This document shows, piece by piece, positions 17,354 to 23,921 of a stretch of 24,505 nucleotides of DNA. The DNA comes from a virus. Its lineage: Duplodnaviria; Caudoviricetes. The stretch covers positions 1 through 24,505 of IMG/VR virus record IMGVR_UViG_3300033562_000092; one strand, given 5' to 3'. Every line of letters starts with the position of its first letter. Position 1 is the first letter of the stretch. The notes beneath the pieces were generated by a model that did not search any database, was not told where the DNA came from, and saw only the letters and a list, made by a program, of their open reading frames with translations. The position numbers and the translations under genes are program-made.

Positions 17354-17694
17354 ACGGGCCCCCTGCATTCACCCACATAATAGGAATGGGGGATCAGGCC
17401 ATTGTCATACACCTGTTCCCAGATCAATTCCCAGGTGAAACCCTGCCATTCGATATAGTCGCCGGCGTTGTCGCCCTCTTGCTGGCAAACTTGCAGGCGG
17501 GTATCGGAAAAGATTTTGCATTTGCCATCGGTTTCGCGGCCAACTGGCAAATTGGCTATTTCGGCCCCGGTCATGGGCTGGATGGAGCCGTTGAAGGCTA
17601 TGGAAGTCGGCGCGGACATTTGCCACACGCCATAAGAATCTAGGGCCCCGGCCTTGCGGAAAGCGGTGAGGGGCTTGGGAAATAGCGTACTCAT
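17350..17694 (-). CDS. Head closure / head-tail adaptor
   Basis: GSIQP...LPVG.E, GDYIEWQG motifs; synteny. Confidence 0.8.
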   Translation of the reverse strand: MSTLFPKPLTAFRKAGALDSYGVWQMSAPTSIAFNGSIQPMTGAEIANLPVGRETDGKCKIFSDTRLQVCQQEGDNAGDYIEWQGFTWELIWEQVYDNGLIPHSYYVGECRGPV

Positions 17695-18188
17695 TTCAGC
17701 ACCACCTTATGCGATACGGAATTGAGCATTTGCGCAGTGTCGATGAGGGGGCGGGACGATCCAATGCCCCCACCTTTGCGGGCTATGGTGCTGGGCTTGT
17801 TTTCTACCCAGCTGCCGTTCCTGATGGAATCTTTGATGGCGTCCACCATGACTTCGCCAGTCTTGCCCATGATCTGTTTCAAGTCGGCAGTGCCACGCAG
17901 TACCCGGCGCAACCCACCAATCTGCAAAATGCGGATCTTGCGCAATGCTTCCTTGTCCTGCATAGCCCCATCCATGAACGGGCGGGGCGGGATGCGCTGG
18001 TCGGGGGAGCCGTAGTTGTGGACAGTGGCAAGGGCCGCATTGCTCATTTCGCCATTGTCGCGCATGGCCTTGGGGTCGCCTTGGGGGAACCCTGCAACCA
18101 CATGGGCACGGGGCAATGCACGCATGGCATTATCCACGCGCTTACCGCCTTGCGTCCGTGTCTTGGACATGGTGATGCTAACAGGCAT
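17691..18188 (-). CDS. Neck / tail completion (virion morphogenesis) protein
   Basis: HNYG...IPPRPF, NKPSTIARKG, PLIDTAQMLNSV motifs. Confidence 0.87.
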   Translation of the reverse strand: MPVSITMSKTRTQGGKRVDNAMRALPRAHVVAGFPQGDPKAMRDNGEMSNAALATVHNYGSPDQRIPPRPFMDGAMQDKEALRKIRILQIGGLRRVLRGTADLKQIMGKTGEVMVDAIKDSIRNGSWVENKPSTIARKGGGIGSSRPLIDTAQMLNSVSHKVVLK

Positions 18189-18543
18189 CGGAGGAACCCG
18201 TTACGAACATGGCAGGGCCGCCCATGGACATGAGGCGGGTTAACTCCATGCCATAGGACGTTTGACCCCAATCCGAACCACCGGCAGAACCGGCACCGAA
18301 CGAAATGGAGAGCTGACCCTCGGATTTGGAGGTAACAGCACCACCCGTTCCCCCGGACCGCAATGGATCAAGGGAAAGGGTCATGGTGTGGGCGGCAAGC
18401 AGGGCCACAGCTTTCTCTATGGACACGCCAAAGTAGCACGGGTTCAGGTCTTCCCGAGCCGCGGCTATGTACAGTTCCACGTTCGCATTGGTAGCCAGTG
18501 CGGGGGCGCGGAGTGTCAAGTATTGGAGTGCGGAGATTGCCAT
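18178..18543 (-). CDS. Head-tail connector (DUF4054-like)
   Basis: LLAAH, VTSKSEGQLSISF, QTSYG motifs. Confidence 0.87.
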   Translation of the reverse strand: MAISALQYLTLRAPALATNANVELYIAAAREDLNPCYFGVSIEKAVALLAAHTMTLSLDPLRSGGTGGAVTSKSEGQLSISFGAGSAGGSDWGQTSYGMELTRLMSMGGPAMFVTGSSDAC

Positions 18544-18553
18544 GGCCTATGCC

Positions 18554-18970
18554 TTAGCCCTTGTAGTTGTTGATGGTGTCGATGCGCTTGCCACATTCGA
18601 TACGGACGGACTCTTTCAAGCCTTCCGCATATTTCCACTCTTCCAACTGCTTCACATCGTTGCAGTCGGCGATGGCTTTGGCCTGCGCCTTGGGGTCCAG
18701 GTCCTTGAGGGCCTTGGATTCATAGGTCACTTCACCCTTTGCGCCCTTGGAAAGGGTTTCGCTGGGGATCAGCACATTGTTCTCGATGTGGTGGGCCAGC
18801 ATTGCGCGGCACGCTTCCCACAGGTCGAAGTCCACTTCGGAATAGCCGGGGGCAAGCATGGTGCCGTGACCTTCCTTCATGCCCAACACGCCGGGGCCAC
18901 CGATCACGATGATGCGTTCCGTGGTGTTGTGGATCAGAATCTTCTTGGTTTCTTTGGTCTCAGTGCTCAT
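18554..18970 (-). CDS. Conserved hypothetical protein after major capsid gene
   Basis: ATG 18970 with AGGAG SD; LAPGYSEVD..W pattern; synteny. Confidence 0.75.
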   Translation of the reverse strand: MSTETKETKKILIHNTTERIIVIGGPGVLGMKEGHGTMLAPGYSEVDFDLWEACRAMLAHHIENNVLIPSETLSKGAKGEVTYESKALKDLDPKAQAKAIADCNDVKQLEEWKYAEGLKESVRIECGKRIDTINNYKG

Positions 18971-18993
18971 AATCGTTTCTCCTGGGTTGTTGT

Positions 18994-19056
18994 AAAAGTA
19001 AAGGCTCCCCAGGGATAAGGGCAGGGCCACACAGCCCCACCCCGTACCCCAGGAGA
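18994..19056 (-). terminator. Long GC-rich hairpin after capsid gene (partial terminator or mRNA stabiliser)
   Basis: GGGGUGGGGCU/GGCCCUGCCCU inner stem, outer CUCCU/GGGAG stem, then interrupted U-tract CCUUUACUUUU. Confidence 0.6.
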
Positions 19057-19063
19057 GAGGATC

Positions 19064-19993
19064 TTAGATACCGTCCGCGTAGCTGAATGCCAGCGGGTAG
19101 TACACTTGGTTGCCACCGGTGCGACCATGACAATACACTTCAAACTCCAGACCACGGGTCTGGGGAGGCTGCACGTCAAACATCACGGGTATTTCGCATT
19201 CAATCCAGTTAGGCCCTATGGAAAGCGCCATCATGCGGGCAGTGGTGCCTGCGCCGATGGTAGCCAGTTCGGGGACCCAATCCCAACGCGTGATCTGGGG
19301 GAACACCTTCTGAGCGTATTCCAGGATCGTAGTGTCGTTGTTGGTGCCCATGCGGGTGCGAGCGATGTAGGTGTAGCGGGCCTGGGGCAGGAGGATCGTG
19401 TTGGGATTCTCTGTGCCGTTGGTGCCGACATACACAGCATCCACCATACCGGCGATGTCGCGGATGATCTGGTCGGAAGTCTTGGTGCTCCACAGTTTGC
19501 TTGCACCGGTGCCGTCGTTGACCACGGTGTATTCGGTGAAGCCGGGATAATTCAGCAGTCCGTTCATGCCATAGGTGGCATCTCCCACCAGGATCACCCG
19601 GTCGATAAACTGCTCTACAGCTTGACGCGCATACCGCAACTTTTCATTGGTAAGATTTACGCCGGTGTACTGGGATTGGGCCAGCTCATGAATGGAATAG
19701 CCGATAGCGTTTCCGTAAGATTTGATCTTACGGCTTACTTCCGTGCCAATCACGTCCGCACGGGGGATATTGCCAGAAGCGTAGTCGCTGAGGAACTTGG
19801 CAATGCCAACGCCCTTGAAAGAGCGATAGGTTACCGTGTCAGCACCAGCGGGGACGGCCTGGGAAATGGGGACAAGGCTCATGCCCTTGAGGGGGCGGCT
19901 CTTTTCATCATAGGTCTTGGCCTTGATGACTTCGAGCTGGCGAGCGAAGAATGCGGAGTTTTCCGCGTCGACATGTTCAAATTGCATTGCCAT
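19064..19993 (-). CDS. Major capsid protein (DUF2184-like, HK97 fold)
   Basis: FFARQLE.I, IPRAD, YSIHEL, GD...G..GLLNYP, RTGG...YYP motifs. Confidence 0.93.
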   Translation of the reverse strand: MAMQFEHVDAENSAFFARQLEVIKAKTYDEKSRPLKGMSLVPISQAVPAGADTVTYRSFKGVGIAKFLSDYASGNIPRADVIGTEVSRKIKSYGNAIGYSIHELAQSQYTGVNLTNEKLRYARQAVEQFIDRVILVGDATYGMNGLLNYPGFTEYTVVNDGTGASKLWSTKTSDQIIRDIAGMVDAVYVGTNGTENPNTILLPQARYTYIARTRMGTNNDTTILEYAQKVFPQITRWDWVPELATIGAGTTARMMALSIGPNWIECEIPVMFDVQPPQTRGLEFEVYCHGRTGGNQVYYPLAFSYADGI

Positions 19994-20005
19994 ATTCTGT
20001 TCTCC

Positions 20006-20767
20006 TTAGAACGCGATTGCGCCGTAGGTCATGGGCGCACGACCCGAGATTTCCACGCGCACCAGTCCGGTGGTGGAATTGTAGTTGGAGCTGAAGCGTG
20101 CGGTGCTGATAGCCGAACCGCTGGTAGCCATCTGGCCCGAAGCGTTCACGTAGGCCGCATCGCCGTTCACAGTGCCCGAAGCGGACACGGCGCGGATGGA
20201 GCCAATGCGCAATGCATCCACGGGGTCGCCGGCCTTGGGAGACACCGAAGGGTCGCCGTGGCGGAAACGGTGGAAGCCCAGACAGATCTGACCGCTGGCG
20301 TAGGTGACGGCGTTGATGGTCGGAGGGGTGCCGCCGGTGATGGCCCAGGAAGTCGTGTTGGTGACGCCCTTGGTGCGCACAAGGATAGTGCGGCTGTTGG
20401 TGTCGGCGGGGTCCAGGATGGCGTCTACGCCATAGGGATTGGCGGTGGACACGGGGATGGCCTTGATCGCTGCAACAAGGGCGGCGATGGTGGCGGCATG
20501 GCTCGTGGCGTAGGTGATGGTGGCGGCTGTTGCGCCGTTCACGGTCACAACGCTGGCATTGCTGGTCACCAGATCACTGGCAATGCTGATCTTGGCGGTG
20601 TCGGCCTTGTAACCCCATGCGCGAGGGTTGGCATCGCCACGGTAGCCAAACAGGGGCTTCCCGAATCCGACTTCTTCCATGAGGATGGCGGGGTCAACGG
20701 TGCGGGCATCACCCACGCCTTCAACCAGTCCGGCCATTTCGGCATCCATGTAATTGTATGCGGTCAT
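20006..20767 (-). CDS. Capsid cement/decoration protein with inserted domain
   Basis: Between protease and MCP; AGL, VGFGKPL, GDPVDALRIGSI, GDAAY motifs, interrupted by a ~100-aa insert. Confidence 0.8.
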   Translation of the reverse strand: MTAYNYMDAEMAGLVEGVGDARTVDPAILMEEVGFGKPLFGYRGDANPRAWGYKADTAKISIASDLVTSNASVVTVNGATAATITYATSHAATIAALVAAIKAIPVSTANPYGVDAILDPADTNSRTILVRTKGVTNTTSWAITGGTPPTINAVTYASGQICLGFHRFRHGDPSVSPKAGDPVDALRIGSIRAVSASGTVNGDAAYVNASGQMATSGSAISTARFSSNYNSTTGLVRVEISGRAPMTYGAIAF

Positions 20768-20791
20768 TGTTCTGTTCCTTGTTGTTGTGAA

Positions 20792-21355
20792 TTACTTGGC
20801 GGACTTTTCAGTCTGGCCTTTGCGCCATGCGTTCTTCATCTCGTCTTCGTACTTTTTCTTTGCACTTCCGGGCATCCCACAGCCATCGGCACCGTCCAGC
20901 TTGGCGGGGGTGCCCAAGGCGGCGTGGGACTGCGCAGCGTCGGCGGTGGGCTTGGAGGCTTCCAGCGCGACCATGGCGGCATCGAAGGACGCGGACAGGT
21001 AAGCGGGCACTTTCAGCTTTTCAGCGTCCAGCTTGGGGAATGCCTTATTGACCACGGCGGTCATAATGGCGGCATCGTCCTGGTCGGCCTTGACTTCCAC
21101 ACCGACAGAATCGGCTTTGGCGACCAGTGCCAGGCGACCGGCGATAGCGGATTCAAGGGCCTGGGGCATGGCGTCCAGCTCTTCCTTGGCTGCCTTGGCC
21201 TGGGATTCGGATGCATCCAGTTTGGCCTGCATACCGGCAAGGGAATCCTTGTGGGCGGCTTCGGCGGTGTCGTGCTTGGCTTGAAGCGCATTGAACGCTT
21301 TGGCCACCGATTCGGAGACTTCCACTTCCGCGGAGTCAATGGTGATCTTGTGCAT
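20792..21355 (-). CDS. Putative nested in-frame scaffolding protein (187 aa)
   Basis: Internal ATG after AAGGGA in an A/C-rich stretch at the protease/coiled-coil boundary. Confidence 0.55.
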   Translation of the reverse strand: MHKITIDSAEVEVSESVAKAFNALQAKHDTAEAAHKDSLAGMQAKLDASESQAKAAKEELDAMPQALESAIAGRLALVAKADSVGVEVKADQDDAAIMTAVVNKAFPKLDAEKLKVPAYLSASFDAAMVALEASKPTADAAQSHAALGTPAKLDGADGCGMPGSAKKKYEDEMKNAWRKGQTEKSAK

Positions 21356-22192
21356 GTTGTTTCCCTTGTTGGGTGAGTTGGTCAAAAGTGTTCCAATGGG
21401 CATGTCGGCGGAGTCCATCTTGATAACGGCGGAATCCCCCGCACGGCCCCGCTGGACAAGGGCCACATGGTTATAGCGTATGTTCCGTTGAATGGCATCA
21501 TAGGCCACGCCGTTCCACACGCCGGACTTGTCTTCCAGTTCGCATTTGTAGCCACAGGACAAGGCCCGCTTGCCGTTCTCTTCGGCGTCCTTGATCGCAG
21601 ACGCGGAGGTGATGACAATGGGCGCGTAAATGGTATCCGCGCTAGTTTGTATGCCGTCACCAATGGAGCCCACGGACAAAGAAGCGGCGTTCTCAGGTGT
21701 AACTTTTACCGATGGATGGTCATTGGTGAACGGCACAAGTTTAAGGGAGGCCAGGGAGTCGGGGTGCAATACCTCTTCCTTGGGGCGGTATTCGCGGCGA
21801 ATGGTGCCATCGGGAAGGGTGTAAGAGAACACGCCGGCACAGGTGACAGCGGCCTTCCCGCGCAAGAAGCCGTTGGCATCCTTGATAAACTTCTGAATGA
21901 GGCCCATGCCCTCGGCTTCGGATTCATTGGCGGGGTCAAATCCCCAGAAGTCCACGCGGTCCACGGTGTCTTTGACAGCAGGGGCGCACTTCTTGCACTC
22001 GTAACCCTCGGAAGTCTTCACCATAGGTTTTCCACACTTGGGGCATGGTGCAATACCATCGTCCTCTTCCATTTCCATTTTGGCCATTCCGTGCTTGGGG
22101 CAGGAATACAGCCCGTCTTCGCCTTTCACCATCTTGCCACCACAAACGGGGCAAAGGGGTGCGGCATCTAAATGTTCTGGTTTTTGGCTCAT
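20792..22192 (-). CDS. Capsid maturation protease/scaffold (DUF2213-like) with N-terminal Zn ribbons
   Basis: GVFSY, EYRP.EEV, PFTNDHP, LSCGY, YDAIQRNIRYNHVALV.RGRAG motifs; coiled-coil C-terminal half. Confidence 0.93.
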   Translation of the reverse strand: MSQKPEHLDAAPLCPVCGGKMVKGEDGLYSCPKHGMAKMEMEEDDGIAPCPKCGKPMVKTSEGYECKKCAPAVKDTVDRVDFWGFDPANESEAEGMGLIQKFIKDANGFLRGKAAVTCAGVFSYTLPDGTIRREYRPKEEVLHPDSLASLKLVPFTNDHPSVKVTPENAASLSVGSIGDGIQTSADTIYAPIVITSASAIKDAEENGKRALSCGYKCELEDKSGVWNGVAYDAIQRNIRYNHVALVQRGRAGDSAVIKMDSADMPIGTLLTNSPNKGNNMHKITIDSAEVEVSESVAKAFNALQAKHDTAEAAHKDSLAGMQAKLDASESQAKAAKEELDAMPQALESAIAGRLALVAKADSVGVEVKADQDDAAIMTAVVNKAFPKLDAEKLKVPAYLSASFDAAMVALEASKPTADAAQSHAALGTPAKLDGADGCGMPGSAKKKYEDEMKNAWRKGQTEKSAK

Positions 22193-22198
22193 AGGGGT

Positions 22199-22242
22199 AA
22201 ATATACCAAATGTTGATAGATTGTGGATAACCTGTTGAATAA
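22199..22242 (-). promoter_or_regulatory. Late-operon promoter (TATATT -10) with three 11-bp-phased boxes including a perfect DnaA box
   Basis: TATATT 7 nt before ATG 22192; TTATCCACA at 22222-22230; near-identical copy at 23524-23555. Confidence 0.75.
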
Positions 22243-22244
22243 TT

Positions 22245-23486
22245 TTATACCAGCACGCGCACGCCTATCTTGCCGGAACAGGTGGCGTTACCTCCGATAC
22301 CCTCTATGCCCAGTGCGAACACATCGGATGTGCCGTTTATAGATATTCCCGGACCTATGGTGGGGCTGACTATGTCGTTCGTCTGCCGTGTGTCGCGTGA
22401 GGCGTATCCGGAGTCCAGTTGCAGTCCCCCTGTCATGGTGATGTTGGCACCGGCATTACGCCACACTTCCAGGGAGTCCAGCGGCCCCTGTACCCAGTTG
22501 GGCGTTCCCGTAATGGTAGGGTTTCGCAGTATCACCCAGCGGATGCTATTGTTGGCGGTGTTGAGGGCGCCAACGGACTCTATGAACGCCTGCACATCTG
22601 GATTGTCCTTGTCTATGCGCACGGCCAGTATCATCTGGATGGACGACACTGGGCATGATATAAGGGTGCCATTGGTGTCCATGCTAGTGGTTATGCCGGT
22701 GCGGTAGCTTCCGCCTTCGGACGATACGGAAGAGCAAATATGATCAAGCGTGCCAGCGCCGCCCGTGGAGCGGATCTCATAGCGCACGGGCTGAGTGCCG
22801 GAGTGCATATAGACGGAATCCACCATGCCGGCATGGTAGAACTCATGGACGTACACCATGACAGAATCCACCTCGAAGCCGAAACGCACACCACCCACGC
22901 CTAGCCATTGGAAATCTATTTGCAGGATCTGGGCTTTGGTCCAATCGGCCACCATGCCACTAGGACCGGAGCCGTCCAAACGGTCCATGTTCCATTGGGA
23001 CTGGGGGGCGCTTTCAGTGGCCGCGATGCCGGCGGATTCGGTGCCTTTGATGATGTTCACGGATGCCACGCCGTCCGCTACCTGAAAGTACACGCCATCA
23101 TGGGCCGTATGGGGCGTGGCATAGTTGCCATGGAATAAGCCGATACGGGAAGTGACCCCTTGCGCAATAGGGGCTTTGAACGTGGCTAGGATCAATTGGG
23201 ACTTGCCGGGGAGATAGTTCCACCGCTGGAACGTCTGGGCAATGGCATAGTCGTTGTTGGTGGCTACGGCCATGTGCACACACGCGTTGGCGCGGTCCCA
23301 TGTGTTGGATGCCGTGCCAAAGGCCACGCGGTCCCAATATTCTGGTAGCGCGGAGCTGGACAGCTTGGAATCGAATAGGGTTTGAGGCTCGGAAATGCGG
23401 AGACGGCCGAACGCGTCCAAGAATGTGTTGGTGCGGTCGAGGCGGGTATCTGGGCGGTTGATACCCCAATTGCGGAAGAATCTCAT
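22245..23486 (-). CDS. Beta-rich putative virion structural protein (possible lectin/ConA-like fold)
   Basis: DAFGRLRISEP.TLFD, Y.PGKS, QSQWN.DRLDG.GPSG, QWLGVG.VRFG, PVRYEI motifs recalled from a widespread phage family; ATG 23486 with AGGAG SD. Confidence 0.65.
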   Translation of the reverse strand: MRFFRNWGINRPDTRLDRTNTFLDAFGRLRISEPQTLFDSKLSSSALPEYWDRVAFGTASNTWDRANACVHMAVATNNDYAIAQTFQRWNYLPGKSQLILATFKAPIAQGVTSRIGLFHGNYATPHTAHDGVYFQVADGVASVNIIKGTESAGIAATESAPQSQWNMDRLDGSGPSGMVADWTKAQILQIDFQWLGVGGVRFGFEVDSVMVYVHEFYHAGMVDSVYMHSGTQPVRYEIRSTGGAGTLDHICSSVSSEGGSYRTGITTSMDTNGTLISCPVSSIQMILAVRIDKDNPDVQAFIESVGALNTANNSIRWVILRNPTITGTPNWVQGPLDSLEVWRNAGANITMTGGLQLDSGYASRDTRQTNDIVSPTIGPGISINGTSDVFALGIEGIGGNATCSGKIGVRVLV

Positions 23487-23523
23487 GGCCGTGCTCCTGT
23501 GTTGCTCCTGGGGGCCATGGTTC

Positions 23524-23566
23524 AAATATACGAAATGTTGATAGATTGTGAATAAATTGTTGGTAA
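23524..23566 (-). promoter_or_regulatory. Promoter (TATATT -10) with three 11-bp-phased DnaA-box-like 9-mers
   Basis: 32-bp segment matches 22199-22230 at 30 positions; boxes at 23536, 23547, 23558. Confidence 0.75.
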
Positions 23567-23594
23567 AAGAAAAGCCCCTGGGTTAGAGGGGCCT
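23565..23594 (-). terminator. Rho-independent terminator
   Basis: GCCCCT-loop-AGGGGC stem followed by TTTTCTTTT on the minus strand. Confidence 0.8.
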
Positions 23595-23684
23595 TGGGTC
23601 ATGGGGCGGGTTATTGCATCTGGTCGCCTAGCGCAGGTATCCACGGGATCAGGGGAGGCGGGAGGCAGTGGACGCGGTGGATTT

Positions 23685-23921
23685 TCATTCCGGCCACCCA
23701 GTTTGAGTCGATACGCCTTCGTGATCGTAAGAGGTGGCGACCCGCAACGATCCGCATATGTATAGGACTTCGCGCCCACCAACATATTCCTTTCTCCACT
23801 CTGTTGACGGGCTTTTGTGATACACAATATTACCGTCTGAATTATATTCCCAAACCCATACATATCCTAGATCGTCAGTTGCGGCTATCATTCTGCCAAG
23901 GTCATCACGCTCGTATATCAT
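23685..23921 (-). CDS. Small YD-repeat-like protein
   Basis: YERDDLGRMI, WEYNSDGNIV, SYDHEG; ATGA-coupled to the upstream repeat gene. Confidence 0.65.
   Translation of the reverse strand: MIYERDDLGRMIAATDDLGYVWVWEYNSDGNIVYHKSPSTEWRKEYVGGREVLYICGSLRVATSYDHEGVSTQTGWPE

Noticed and set aside
19106-21376. 756-aa plus-strand ORF
   Set aside because: Antisense shadow of capsid, cement and scaffold genes; G/H/V-rich composition with no motifs, expected from GC-biased codon usage
22199-22242. Chromosomal-type replication origin
   Set aside because: Gap is only ~50 bp with one perfect box and no clear unwinding element, and the motif recurs at other promoters; treated as an operator array, though an origin role is not excluded
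23901-23910. GTCATCACGC match to the tandem-repeat unit outside the array
   Set aside because: Only 10 nt, out of register, inside another ORF; likely chance
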